Below, one piece after another: positions 11,735 to 28,478 of a stretch of 64,000 nt of DNA (position 1 is the first letter of the stretch; each line of letters opens with the position of its first letter). Below the pieces are notes generated by a model, which did not search any database, was not told the origin of the DNA, and was given only the letters and a program-made list of their open reading frames with translations. The stretch is from Stegostoma tigrinum (taxonomy: Eukaryota), in the NCBI RefSeq assembly GCF_030684315.1, contig NC_081391.1, positions 21,350,629 through 21,414,628 on the forward strand, in the 5' to 3' direction. Made by a program: the position numbers and the translations under genes.

Positions 11735-11930
11735 TTCCAATCACAGAATAACCATCCAGACCTGGCTCTCATCTCCACCTCTGATCAGCTCTGCTTAACA
11801 CACCCTCCCCCCTCTTTCTCATTGGTGCCTGTATGCTGCGGTGGTTCCTGATTGGCTAGCAGCAACTGTCAGTCATCATCAGTTCCGCCTCTCTCTGTTG
11901 TGACTGCAGGATGGTCCCAGGACTATAAAT
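11735..11930 (+). promoter_or_regulatory. Ferritin copy 3 proximal promoter (CCAAT motifs, TATAAAT at 11924-11930)
   Basis: One CCAAT, two ATTGG and a TATAAATA 77 nt upstream of the ATG. The same layout occurs in copies 7, 9 and 11. Confidence 0.65.
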
Positions 11931-12000
11931 ACAAGAGCCTGTGGGAGAGAGAGACTTAGTTCTAGAGTTTTCTTGGTGCTTGTGAGCAGGAATAGTGAAG

Positions 12001-14875
<2,875 letters not shown>

Positions 14876-16950
14876 ATGGGGTCAATAATGTGTATGGTGA
14901 CATAATGCTAGTAACTTGGTTGTGCTCTGACCAAATTAAAATAGTGTTCACATGGAACTGAGTACTTTGCATAATTTCAGAGCTGCTTCTGGCTCTTGGT
15001 ATTGCTGTTTGACACCTGATCATTAATTCCTTTTCTGTTCTGATTAACCTTTGATTCAATGTCTGCTCCTTTTCTCTTGTTTGTAGGAATTAGGTGGGCA
15101 ATCCTCGCAGATGAAATTGCACAAGTGTTCAATTTGGGTTTTTGGCTACTAAGCAGTGTTGTATTGACTTTTTTATTCCAAACCAGCTTCTAGTCAATAT
15201 CTTCAGTGAAACCAGCCCCCTGTTTCAATGTTAGACACTGCCCTTGGCAATGTTCAAGTCTCTTTTGTAAATAAGCAGGGGCAGGAAATAGCAGGTTTGG
15301 AGAGCATCTGTGGAGAGAACTGTTCTCAGTCCCAGAACCCAAGATACAATCACATCTTCTGACAGATGTTGCCAGACCTGTGAGGCTTTCCAGCAATTAT
15401 TTTTGTCGCACTTCAAATCTAGCAATTTGAGCATACTTTCACTCTTTTGAACAGGAATATATAGTGGAACATCCAGCATCGAAGATGCACTTATCTTTAG
15501 CATTTTAGATAAGCAATTGTTTCCAGAGCTGGGAAATAGTTTACTCTCTTTTGCTGCAGTGGGGGATGGGGGAAGGAGTAAGGGCACTGCCTGATTGTAG
15601 GAGAATGGCAAAATTTGTTTTCTCATGTATCAGTCTTTTTGCTTCTAGACAATGATCCTCATTACGTAATGCAGCAGTGCCCACCTTGGAGCCCCTGTGG
15701 CAGAACTTCTTTCATTGCTCTGCAATGTAGCGATGCCAAAGGCTCAGTAAAAATAAAGCTAGAATGCAAATGCCACTAGCAGAAAGCAGCAGTTTCTGTG
15801 GTTAGCAAGGAAATAAGCTCTCCTGATGTACACTGACCGGCATGTACCTCCACCTGCAATGCACTATGGCTGCCTAATTACTGATGCTCAGGGGTGACAG
15901 TTTCCTTTATTTAAAGGATGAGGATGTCTCTGAGCTGACACCATTTATTTATCCATTGCTCATTGTCCCCAAGGCCAGGTCAGAGTCTCACACATGGCTG
16001 TGGTTGCAGCATCATACGCAGGCCAGGTAAGGATGTGTTTTTGACACTGAATATAATTCTCCTCATCAGCTTCTTAATTCTAGAACTCCAGAGAGTTGTC
16101 GCACAGAATTAGATGAGTCCACCACTCCAGAAACTTGATGGCCTCCAGCGCCACTAGATGCATTCTTTGCACCACTGACACACACGGAGTACACTGTGTA
16201 CCGCCTCCCAAAAGCTGTAGAAATCCACCAAAGCTCCAGAGACAATACTTTCCAAAGCCCTAATTACTGGCCATGGGAGAAAGGCATCTGATACAGGGGA
16301 AAACCACCCCCTCTAAGTTCTCCATCAAGCTACCTGCCATCCTGAGTTGGAAACATAACACCCCATTCTCCAGTGTCGGTGGATCAGAATCCTGGAATTC
16401 CCTCACTAGGAACATTGTGGATCTGACTACAGCAAATAGGCTACAGCAATTAAAGACGGAAAGCCCCCCCACCCCAATGTTCTCGTGGTGGGCGTGATCT
16501 CCGAGCGGGTCAAATACCTCTGGCTGGGCCGCCTTTTGTGAAATTGTCAAGTTCTAGCTCAACTCCATCTCGAGTGCACGGTTCTAGTAGGTTCAATCCA
16601 AAGATGCTTATGCACAAAATTTCTGGAATGAACCTGGGCAGAAAGTTAATTGGCTCCGATGATAATCGTTTTCCCAAGTCCCTCGATGTAGAAGTGGACG
16701 GGATGTCTGTGCTTGAAATTTACAAGTGGATTCATGGATTTGATAGGGTAGATAGAGAGATCTTGCTTCTTTTCAATTCGCATCCAGGACTGAGAGGGGG
16801 GAATATGATTACATTCCTAGCAGTAGAAGTAAATCATCCACGATAAAGCAAAAAACAGCTGCTTTTTGGAAAGGATAATATGTGAATGAGCAGTTAGATA
16901 TTTATTCGGTAAGATGTTGATGTTGCCAATCACTTTCCCATTGGAACATA

Positions 16951-18126
16951 TGACGAAACAGGTAGATGAGAGTAAACCGGTTGATGTGGTGCATATGGAT
17001 TTCAGCAAGGCGTTCGATTAGGCTCCCCACAGTTGGCTATTGTACAAAATGCGGAGGAATGGGATTGTGGGAGATATAACAGTTTCGATCAGAAATTGGC
17101 TTGCTGAAAGAAGACAGGGTGGTGGTTGTTTGGAAATGTTCATCCTGGAGACCGGTTACTCGCGGTGTACCGCAAGGGTCCGTGTTGGGTCCACTGCTGT
17201 TTGTCATTTTTATAAACGTAGAAGGATGGGTTAGTAAATTTGCAGACGACACTAAGGTCGGTGGAGATGTGGGTAGTGACGAAGAATGTTGTAGGTTACA
17301 GAGAGACGTAGATAAGTTGCAGAGCTGGGCTGAGAGGTGGCAAATGGAGGTTAATGCGGACAAGTGTGAGGTGATGCACTTTGGTAGGAGGAACCCGAAG
17401 GCAAAGTACTGTAAGATTCTTGGTAGTGTAGATGAGCAGCGAGATCTCGGTGACCATGTACACAGATCCTTGAAAGTTGCCACCCAGGTTGACAGGGTTG
17501 TTAAGAAGGCAGACAGTGTTTTAGCTTTTATGAATACAGGGATCGTGTTCCGGAACCAAGAGGTTATGCTGCAGCTGTACAAAACTCTTGTGCGGCCGCA
17601 CTTGTAGCATTGCGTACAGTTCTGGTCACCGCATTATAAGAAGGATGTGGAAGTTTTGGAAAGGGTGCAGAGGAGGTTTACTGGGATGTTGCCTGGTATG
17701 GAGGGAAAGTCTTACGAGGAAAGGCTGAGGGACTTGAGGCTGTTTTCGTTAGAGAAAAGAAGGTTGAGAGGTGACTTAATTGAGGCATATAAGATAATCA
17801 AAGGGTTAGACAGGTTGGATAGGGAGAGCCTTTTTCCTAAGACGGAGACAGCGAGCACGAGGGGCATAGCTTTAAATTGAGGGGTGAAAGATATATGACA
17901 GATGTCAGAGGTAGTTTCTTTACTCAGAGAATAGCAAGGGTGTGGAACGTTTTGCCTGCAACGGTAGTAGATTCACCAACTTTAAGTACATTTAAGTTGT
18001 CATTGGACAAGCATATGGACGTACATGGAATAGTGTAGGTTAGATGAGCTTCAGATCGGTATGACAGGTCGGCACAACGTCAAGGGCCGAAGGGCCTGTA
18101 CTGTGCTGTCATGTTCTCTGTTCTAT
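16951..18126 (+). mobile_element. 5'-truncated CR1 LINE (type a) with TSD AACATA
   Basis: RT motifs, an internal TAG and a frameshift. Tail tgttctctgttctat. AACATA at 16945-16950 and 18127-18132. Confidence 0.92.
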
Positions 18127-18148
18127 AACATAAAAGATGAATGCATTT

Positions 18149-18675
18149 CAGATTATTTTCATTAGAAGGGTGATGGGGTCGGTGGGGAACCTGACTGAGG
18201 TCAACAAAATCATGAGAACTATCGACAAGGTGAATAGCAAGAAGCTTTTTCCCAGAGTCGGGGATTCAATGACTCGGAGTCATGAGTTCAAAATAAGAGC
18301 AAAGTTTCGAGGGGATTTGGTTAGATTGCCTACAATGTGGAAACAGGCCCTTTTAGCCAAAAATGTCCACACTGGCCCTTGAAGCATCCCACCAAAACCC
18401 CCCACACTTCTGAACCCTACGGGCAATTTATCATGTGGATGTGTGGCAAGCTCTTTCCGCAGAGGTTGAAGGGTGCCTGGCACACGTTGCATGTGGAGGT
18501 GGGAGACGAAGTCACGCAAGTGTCTTTTTAAGATGTATCTGGACAGGTACATGGATGGGCAGGGAGCAACGGGATACTGACCCTAGAAAAGAGATGACAG
18601 ACGTCAACAGGATCTCGATCGGTGCAGGCTTGGAGGGCCAAAGGGCCTGCTCCTGTGCTGTGATTTTCTTTGTTC
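18149..18675 (+). mobile_element. Intron-1 CR1 fragment with nested inverted HE1-like SINE
   Basis: Diverged paralog of 1-564. Confidence 0.65.
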
Positions 18676-18779
18676 TTAAGTGTGCAATCAAGATGGTGAC
18701 CAGGTTAGTTTCTGATTGAGGAGTGCCATTGATTAACATCAGATATGTTTCCCTTTCCTGCCTTTCTCTTCCCCCACAG

Positions 18780-19991
18780 TTCTCTTACTTTGACCGGGAT
18801 GATGTTGCCCTGCGTCACTTTGCTGAGTTCTTCAAGGAGCAGTCCCATGAGGAGCAGGAACACGCTGAGAACCTGATGGCTTTCCAGAATAAACGTGGGG
18901 GCCGAATCCTCCTGCAGGACATCAAGGTTGGATTCCAAAGCCTTCTGTTTGCAGCTTTTCGTGAAATACCACTCAATTGTGGCTAGCTCAATCTGTTTAG
19001 CTTCAGGACTGAACAAATGCTGTATGAATGGGAGGGTTGCTCACCACAATAGGATTCCCTTCACTAAAAGGAAACACTTTTGCACTTGTGATTGAACAAC
19101 AGTTGGCAATTGTGATAATCCAGTATTCTGGATGGTGAGTAAATATCAGTGTCTAACGCTGCTTTGGACAAGATGAGGTGTCAAAAGGGAAAACAGAAAT
19201 CTTTCAGGTGTGGAAAGCATCAGTATGAAGCCTTTATACATCTAAAGATGTTTCTGATGCCTTGAGATCACTCTGATCACAGCATAGCAGGATCTGTTTA
19301 GAAATGTCCCCTTCAAGAACAGTACCAAATACAGCAGGTGTTTCACCAAGGTCAAGTCGGCCTGTAGCACCTCCCCGACAATGATGAGGGATAACTAACT
19401 GATCAGATGTAGACTAATGATACAACTGCCTGCTGAGCTGTGCTTTCTGTTCCTGCTTCCCTCCCTCCAGAAGCCAGAGCAGGATGAGTGGGGCAATGGT
19501 CTGGAGGCAATGCAGAGAGCTCTGCAGATGGAGAAGGATGTGAACCAGAGTCTGCTGGATCTGCACAAACTGGCCTCTGGCCACATGGACCCTCATGTGA
19601 GTGTGGTGTATTTAAATCAGGGATTTTGAATAAAAACAGGGATCAGACACTTGGTCCTTTTTGTTAGCCACAAGATCTCACTTGACATTGTGGAGGGTTT
19701 TCTTGGGTTATACCAAGATCCTCCTGTTTCTAAAACTGAGCACTTTCTCACGTGTATTTGGCAATCTCCATGACATCACTTCACTGCTCGGTCTCCCAAG
19801 CTGTATTTTGTCGGATTTAACCAGTTCCCCTCTTTGTCTTCCAGCTGTGTGACTTCCTGGAGAGGCACTACCTGGATGAGCAAGTGAAGATGATCAAGAA
19901 GCTGGGAGATCACATCACCAACCTGAAGAGACTGGGAGCCCCTGACAATGGCATGGGAGAGTACCTGTTTGACAGGCTCTCACTCAGTTGA
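18780..19991 (+). pseudogene. FTH1: Ferritin copy 4: headless exon 2-4 cassette with open frame and intact splice sites
   Basis: Exons 18780-18926, 19471-19596 and 19845-19991. No exon 1 or TATA between copy 3 and this copy. Confidence 0.85.
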
Positions 19992-20601
19992 ATGAGGTCA
20001 ATAATGTTTATATTGTACATGGTGACATAATGCTAGTAACTTGGTTTGCTCTGAGCAAATTAAAATAGTGTTCACCATGGAACTGAGTACTTGGCATAAT
20101 TTCACAGCTGACTCTGGCTCTTGGTATTGCTGTTTGACACCTGATCATTAATTCCTTTTCTGTTCTGATTAACCTTTGATTCAATGCCTGCCCCAGTCGT
20201 CTGCTCCTTTTCTCTTGTCTGTAGGAATTAGGTGGGCAATCCTTGCAGTGGAAATTCCACAAGTGTTCAATTTGGGTTTTTGGCAAGTAAGCAGTGTTGT
20301 ATTGACTCTTTTATTCCATACCAGCTTCAAGTCAATATCTTCAGTGAAACCAGCCCCCTGTCTCAATGTTAGACACTGCCCTTGGCATTGTTTAGATGTC
20401 TTTTGTCAACAAGCAGGGGCAGGAAATAGTAGGTTTGGGGAGCATCTGTGGAGAGAAAACTGTTCTCAGTCCCAGGTCCCAGGATACATTATCATCTCGT
20501 GACAGACGTGGCCAGACCGGTGAGGCTTTCCAGCAATTTTGTTGTCACACTTCAAATCTAATGATTTGAGCGTGCATTGACTTTTTTGAACAGGAATATA
20601 C

Positions 20602-20618
20602 ATATATATATATATATA
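20602..20618. repeat. (AT)n microsatellite
   Basis: atatatatatatatata, expanded relative to paralogous flanks. Confidence 0.7.
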
Positions 20619-21912
20619 GTAGACCATCCAGCATTTCAGATGCTCAGATCTTAAGCATTGAGATAAGACATTGTGTCCAGAGCAGGGAAATTGTTTTCTC
20701 TCTTTTGCTGCAGTGGTGGAAGGAGTGAGGGCAGTGGCTGTTTGTAGGAGAATGGCCAAGTTTGTTTTCTCGGGTATCAGTCTCTCTGCTTCTAGACAAT
20801 GATCCTGATTAGGTAATGAAGCAGTCCCCACCTTCGAGCCCCTGTGGTAGAACTTCTATCACTTCTCTGCGGTCTAGAGACGCCAAATGCTCAGGACACC
20901 AGGTGAAAATAAAGCTCGAACCCAAAGGCCACTGGCAGAAATCAGCAGTTCCTATTCTTAGCAAGGAAATAAGCTCTCCTGCTGTCGACTGACCGGCTGA
21001 CCGGCCGCGCGGCTTCTGACACGGAAGTTAATGCTCCTCATCAGCTTTGTAATTCTAGACCTCCAGAGAGTTGTTGCACAGAATTAGGAGATCAGTCCAC
21101 CACTCCAGAAATGTGATGGCCTCCAGCTCCCAGCAGCCACTAGATTCATTCTTTGCATGACTGACACACACAGAGTACACTGTGTACCGCCTCCCAAAAG
21201 CTGTAGAAATCCACCAACGCTACTGAGACAATACTTGCCATGGGAGAAAGGCATCTGATACAGGGGAACACCACCCCGCTCTAACGACTCCACCAAGCTA
21301 CATGCCAGCCTGAGTTGGAAACGTGACCCGCCATGCTCCAGTGTCGGTGGATCAGAATCCTGGAATTCCCTCACTAGGAACATTATGGAGCTGACTACAG
21401 CAAATAGGCAACAGCAATTCAAGAAGGAAAGCCACCACATTCTCTCACGGTCAGCCTGATCTCAGACCGGGTCCAATACCGCTGGATGGGCCGCCTTTTG
21501 TGAAATTGTCAAGTCCTAGTTCAACCCCATCTTGAGTGCACTGTTCCAGCAGGTTCAATCCAAAGATGCTTATGCACAGAATTTCTGGAATGAACCTGGG
21601 CAGAAAGTTAATTGGCTACGATGATAATAGTTTTCCCAAGTGTCTCGGTGTAGAAGTGGAAGGGATGTCTGTGCTTGAAATATACAAGTGGATTCATGGA
21701 TTTGATAGGGTAGATAGAGAGATCCTGCTTCTTTTCACTTCCATTCCAGGACCGAGAGTGGGGAATATGATTACATTCCTAGCAGTAGAAGTAAATCATC
21801 CATGATAAAGCAAAAAACAGCTGCTTTTTGGAAAGGATAATATGTGAATGAGCAGTTAGATATTTATTCGGTAAGATGTTGATGTTGCCAATCACTTTCC
21901 CATTGCAACATA

Positions 21913-23074
21913 CGACCAAACAGGTAGATGAGAGAAAACCGGTTGATGTGGTGTATATGGATTTCGGCAAGGCATTCGATTAGGCTATTGTACAAAATAC
22001 GGAGGAATGGGATTGTGGGAGATATAGCAGTTTGGATCAGAAATTGGCTTGCTGAAAGAAGACAGCGTGGTGGTTGATGGGAAATGTTCATCCTGGAGAC
22101 CGGTTACTCGCGGTGTACCGCAAGGGTCGGTGCTGGGTCCACTGCTGTTTGTCATTTTTATAAACGTAGAAGGATGGATTAGTAAATTTGCAGACGACAC
22201 TAAGGTCGGTGGAGATGTGGATAGTGACGAAGAATGTTGTAGGTTACAGAGAGACGTGGATAAGTTGCAGAGCTGGGCTGAGAGGTGGCAAATGGAGGTT
22301 AATGCGGACAAGTGTGAGGTGATACACTTTGGTAGGAGGAACCGGAAGGCAAAGTACTGTAAGATTCTTGGTAGTGTAGATGAGCAGCGAGATCTCGGTG
22401 ACCATGTACACAGATCCTTGAAAGTTGCCACCCAGGTTGACAGGGTTGTTAAGAAGGCATACAGTGTTTTAGCTTTTATGAATACAGGGATCGTGTTCCG
22501 GAACCAAGAGGTTATGCTGCAGCTGTACAAAACTCTTGTGCGGCCGCACTTGTAGCATTGCGTACAGTTCTGGTCACCGCATTATAAGAAGGATGTGGAA
22601 GTTTTGGAAAGGATGCAGAGGAGGTTTACTGGGATGTTGCCTGGTATGGAGGGAAAGTCTTACGAGCAAAGGCTGAGGGACTTGAGGCTGTTTTCGTTAG
22701 AGAAAAGAAGGTTGAGAGGTGACTTAATTGAGGCATATAAGATAATCAAAGGGTTAGACAGGTTGGAAAGGGAGAGCCTTTTTCCTAAGACGGAGACGGC
22801 GAGCACGAGGGGCATAGCTTTAAATTGAGGGGTGAAAGATATACGACAGATGTCAGAGGTAGTTTCTTTACTCAGAGAATAGCAAGGGTGTGGAACGTTT
22901 TGCCTGCAACGGTAGTAGATTCACCAACTTTAACTACATTTAAGTTGTCATTGGACAAGCATATAGACGTACATGGAATAGTATAGGTTAGATGAGCTTC
23001 AGATCGGTATGACAGGTCGGCACAACGTCAAGGGCCGAAGGGCCTGTACTGTGCTGTCATGTTCTCTGTTCTAT
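21913..23074 (+). mobile_element. 5'-truncated CR1 LINE (type a), recombinant
   Basis: RT motifs. AACATA at 21907-21912 and 23075-23080. Confidence 0.92.
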
Positions 23075-23096
23075 AACATAAAAGATGAATGCATTT

Positions 23097-23622
23097 AAGA
23101 TTATTTTCATTAGAAGGGTGATGGGGTCGGGGGGGAACCTGACTGAGGTCAACAAAATCATGAGAACTATAGACAAGGTGAATAGCAAGAAGCTTTTTCC
23201 CAGAGTCGGGGATTCAATGACTCGGAGTCATGAGTTCAAAATAAGAGCAAAGTTTCGAGGGGATTTGGTTAGATTGCCTACAGTGTGGAAACAGGCCCTT
23301 TTAGCCAAAAATGTCCACACTGGCCCTTGAAGCATCCCACCAAAACCCCCACACTTCTGAACCCTACGGGCAATTTATCATGTGGATGTGTGGCAAGCTC
23401 TTTACGCAGAGGTTGGAGGGTGCCTGGCACACCTTGCCTGTGGAGGTGGTAGACGAAGTCACGCAAGTGTCTTTTTAAGATGTATCAGGACAGGTACATG
23501 GATGGGCAGGGAGCAAAGGGATACTGACCCTAGAAAAGAGATGACAGACTTACACAGGATCTCGATCGGTGCAGGCTTGGAGGGCCAAAGGGCCTGCTCC
23601 TGTGCTGTGATTTTCTTTGTTC
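23097..23622 (+). mobile_element. Intron-1 CR1 fragment with nested SINE
   Basis: Near-identical to 18149-18675. Confidence 0.65.
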
Positions 23623-23725
23623 TTAAGTGTGCAATCAAGATGGTGACCAGGTTAGTTTCTGATTGAGGAGTGCCATTGATTAACATCAGATATGTTTCCC
23701 TTTCCTGCCTTTCTCTTCCCCACGG

Positions 23726-24912
23726 TTCTCTTACTTTGACCGGGATGATGTTGCCCTGCGTCACTTTGCTGAGTTCTTCAAGGAGCAGTCCCATGAGGAG
23801 CAGGAACACGCTGAGAACCTGATGACTTTCCAGAATAAATGTGGGGGCCGAATCCTCCTGCAGGACATCAAGGTTGCATTCCAAAGCCTTCTGTTTGCAG
23901 CTTTTTGTGAAATACCACTCAATTGTGGCTAGCTCAATCTGTTTAGCTTCAGGACTGAACTAATGCTGTATGAATGGGGGGTTGCTCACCACAATAAGAT
24001 TCCCTTCACTAAAAGGAAACACTTTTGCACTTGTGATTGAACAACAGTTGGCAATTGTGATCATCCAGCATTCTGGATGGTGAGCAAATATCAGTGTCTA
24101 ACGCTGCTTTGGACAAGATGAGGTGTCAAAAGGGAAAACAGAAATCTTTCAGGTGCCGAAAGCATCAGTATGAAGCCTTTATACATCGAGAAGATGTTTC
24201 TGATGCCTTGATATCATTCTGATCACAGCATAGCAGGATCTGTTTAGAAATGTCCCCTTCAAGAACAGTACCAAATACAGCATGTGTTTTACCAAGGTCA
24301 AGTTGGCCTGTAGCACCTCCCCTACAATGATGAGGGATAACTAACTGATCAGATGTAGACTAATGATACAACTGCCTGCTGAGCTGTGCTTTCTGTTCCT
24401 GCTTCCCTTCCTCCAGAAGCCAGAGCAGGATGAGTGGGGCAATGGTCTGGAGGCAATGCAGAGAGCTCTGCAGATGGAGAAGGATGTGAACCAGAGTCTG
24501 CTGGATCTGCACAAACTCTCCTCTAGCCACACTGACCCTCATGTGAGTTTGTAAACTTTTCTCTCTCTTTCTTGGAAGAAAGTGGTGTGTTTGTGCACTC
24601 TCTGGGTTAAAAATCCAATTACCTTCTCCCAGCCTCCTGCCGGCTGTTAAAACCTTTCAAAGGCATCACCTACGTGGACCTCCACGTGGTGGTGATGGTC
24701 ACATCTGTCATGGGAGGTCACTTTCAGACTGCTTTTTGATCCTCTGGACTAATTTTGTCTTCCAGCTGTGTGACTTCCTGGAGAGGCACTACCTGGATGA
24801 GCAAGTGAAGATGATCAAGAAACTGGGAGATCACATCACCAACCTGAAGAGACTGGGAGCCCCTGACAATGGCACGGGAGAGTACCTGTTTGATAGGCTC
24901 ACACTCAGCTGA
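23726..24912 (+). pseudogene. FTH1: Ferritin copy 5: headless cassette, exon-2 acceptor AG>GG
   Basis: Exons 23726-23872 (preceded by cacgg), 24417-24542 and 24766-24912. No exon 1. Confidence 0.87.
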
Positions 24913-27291
24913 GTGGGGTCAATAATATCTGTTGTACATGGTGACCTCATTCTCGTGAATGGCTTTGGTTGTGCTCTGAGCAAATAAAAGTAGTGTTCAC
25001 CATGGAACTGAGTACTGTGTCACTTCATAGCTGCTTCTGGTTGCTGTTTTAACAAGTGATCACAAAATGGATTTTGTTCTTTGACAACCTTTTGATTCAC
25101 TGCCTGCCCCAGTTATTGGCTCGGTGTTTGCTTCTGCTGAGCGTCTGTCTGTAGGGATTGAGTGGGCAATCTTGACCTTGGAAATGCCACAACTGGCAAA
25201 CATCTGCATTGCAGACAATGCCACAACAAAATCTGTCCTCCGCTTCCCCAGGACAATTTTTCAGGACCAGCTTCTGGTCAAAACCATGACTGAAATCTGT
25301 CCTGTGCCTAAACAATTGGCATTGCCAAGGCCTGTCCATTCACTCAATCTTCAGCATTTTTGGAAAAACCAAGCTGACACTGGAAACCAGGAACAAAAGC
25401 TGCTGGGAAATCTCAGGTTTGGTAGTGAGAAGTGTTGAACAGAACCGGGACATGAGACACGTGTTTATCTCTTGACTGATTTTGTTGCCAGGCCATGAGG
25501 TGTTTTCCACCTACTTGTTCTCTTGCTTAAATTCTACTGACTTTAATAGGTCACAAAATTCCTCATTAGAAGAATATAAAGTTGACCAATCATGCAAGGT
25601 ACACCTGCTTTTTTGCAACTGTTTACCATTTACATGTTTCCTGAGCTAGAGAAGTGGTTTCTCTCGTATGTCCTTTCCATTCAGTAGAATGAAAGCTCTG
25701 CTTTCTCCCTGACAATGCTAATGACTATGGCCTCTATTAGGCAATGAAGCAGTGCCCACCTTCTAAAGCATCTGCTGTAACTCCTGTCCTTGCTCTGCAA
25801 TGCAAAGGTGACAAATGCTGAGGACACCTGGTGAAAATCAAGCTAAAAACAAAATACCACTTGCAGAAGTCAGTAGTTCCAATTTCCTTTACATTTAATT
25901 GTGAAGAAAATCAGCTTTCTGATGTAATCTGGCCTCCATGTGGCTCCACACACGCTGCATTGGGTCTAGCTCATTGCTGTCAATCACAATCAGTCACTGG
26001 TTTCTAATGGGTGACCACTGACAATTCCTTGACAGGATAAGGATGTCACTGACCAGGCAGCATTTATCCTCTCTCTGAACTGCCCATGGGACAATTAGTC
26101 ACCCACAGTGCTTTAGGCTTGGTGTCATATACTGGCCAGACCAGGTAAGGATGGCAGTTTGGCAGTTCCCTTCCCTGAATGACTTCAGTGAAAAGGATAT
26201 TTTATTCAGACTAGGAATTGCATGCTCATTTTTAGGTTCTTAATGCCCGAAGAGAGTTGTTCAGACAGAATCAGGACAACGGGCATCAGTCCAACACTCC
26301 AGAAGCTTAAGAGTTGCCAGCTCAGAGCAGCCACGAGATTCACTCCTTCCACCACTGACACACAGGGACTGCAATGTGTACTATCACCAAATGTTGTAGA
26401 AATCCACCAAAGCTCCTTAGACAACACCTTCCAAAGCCCCCATTACTTGCCATGGGACAAGGGCAGCAAATACATGGAACACAACCGCCTCTAAGTTCTA
26501 CACCAAACCATTCACCATCCTGAGTTGGAAACATGGTCCCATTCCCCTAGGTTGCTGGATCAGAATCCTGGAATTCCCTCCCTAACAGCATTGGGGATCT
26601 GCCTACACCAAATGGGCAACAGCAATTCAAGAACGTAAGCCACCACATTCTCTCATCTAATGTTAGGCCTGATCTCCGAGGGTTTCAACTACCTCTGGCT
26701 GATGGTTCTTTTGTGAAATTGTCAAGTTCCAGCTCAACCACAGCTGGAGTGCTCAGTTCTAGCAGCTTCGACCCAAAGATGGTTATGCACAGAATTTCTG
26801 CAATGAACTTGGACAGAGAGCTGGTTCATTGATGATAACGGTTTGTCCCAGTCCCTCTGTGTAGAAGGTTAAGGGATGGCCGTGTTTGAAATTTCAAAGA
26901 GGATTAATGGATTTGACAGAGTGAACAGACAGAATCTATTTCTTGTCTATGGTCATTGAGGACTGTGTGCAAAATAGGATTATAGTTTTCACATTTCAAC
27001 AAAATCATCCAGGATAATGTCAAAAACAGCTTCTTTGTGGAGAAGATAATATGTGCACGTGCTGTTAGATATTTATTGGGTAAGGCTTGACTTTGACAAT
27101 CACTTTCTAATTTCAACACTAAAAATATGTGAATAACACATTTTGTTTGAGAAACATAGAAAGACAAAACAGGCTCAATGTTACAAATCTGATGTGAGTA
27201 CAGGAGCAGAGAGACTTTGGGTTTCAAGTATGTGATTATCTGAAAGTGACCAGCCAAGATGAAGCTGTTATTGAGAAGGCTGAGGTGAACC

Positions 27292-28478
27292 AAGCATGTG
27301 GATGAGGGAAGGGCAGTTGACATGGTGTACATGGACTTCAGTAAAGCCTTTGATAAGGCTCCACATGGTAAGCTATTGGAGAAAATACAGAGGCACAGGA
27401 TTGAGGGAGATTTAGCAGTTTGGATTAGAAACTGGCTTTCTGTGAGAAGGCAACGAGTGGTGGTTGATGGAAAATATCCAGCCTGGAGTCAGGTCACTCG
27501 TGGTGTGCCTCAAGGATCTGCTTTAGGACCACTGCTGTTTGTCATTTTTATAAATGACTTGGACGCAGGCATAGGTGGATGCGTTAGTAAGTTTGCAGAT
27601 GACACTAAAGTCGGTGGAGTGGTGGACGGTGTGGAAGAATGTTGCACGTTGGAGGGAGACTTGGATAAACTGCAGAATTGGGCTGAAAGGTGGCAAATGG
27701 AGTTCAATGCAGATAAATGTGAGTTGATTCACTTTTGGGGGAATAGCAGGAAGGCAGAATACCGGGTCAATGGAAAGATTCTTGGCAGTGTGGATGTGCA
27801 GATGGATCTTGGTGTCCATGTACATAGATCCCTGAAAGTTGTCACCCAGGTTGATGCTGATAAGAAGGCTTACCGTGTGTTAGGTTTTATTGGTAGAGGG
27901 ATTGAGTTCCGGAGCCGTGATGTCATGCTGCAACTGTACAAAACGCTAGTGCGGCCTCATTTGGAATATTGCGTGCAGTTCTGGTCACCCCATTACAGGA
28001 GGGATGTGGAAGCATTGGGAAAGGTGCAGAGGAGATTTACCAGGATGTTGCCTGGTCTGGAGCGCAGGCCCTATGAAGAAACGCTGGGGGACTTGGATCT
28101 GTTCTCATTGGAGAGAAGTAGGCTAAGAGGGGATTTAATAGAGACATACAAGATGATCAGAGGATTAGATAGGGTGGACAGTGAGAGTCTTTTTCCGAGG
28201 ATGATGACTTCAACTTGTACAAGGGGGCATAGCTACAAATTGCGGGGTGATACATTTAAGACATTTGTCAGAGACAGGTTCTTTACTCAGAGAGTGGTAA
28301 GGGCGTGGAAAGCCCTGCCTGCCAATGTAGTTAACTCAGCCACGTTAGGGGCATTTAAACAGTCCTTGGATAAGCATATGGATGATGACGGGATGGTGTA
28401 GGAGGTGGGGCTTGGATTAGCTCACAGGTCGGCACAACATCGAGGGCCGAAGGGCCTGTTCTGCGCTGTATTGTTCTA
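27292..28478 (+). mobile_element. 5'-truncated CR1 LINE (type c); open 367-codon RT/C-terminal ORF2 fragment
   Basis: ORF 27298-28401 with YMDFSKAFDK, GVPQGSALGPLLF and FADD. No endonuclease domain. TSD TGAACC at 27286-27291 and 28479-28484. Confidence 0.93.

Noticed and set aside
27298-28401. Stand-alone reverse transcriptase gene paired with ferritin as a retron- or DGR-like system
   Set aside because: It is a 5'-truncated CR1 with a TSD and a LINE tail. Paralogs carry stops, some units lack it, and the ferritin copies retain introns, so they are not RT products.
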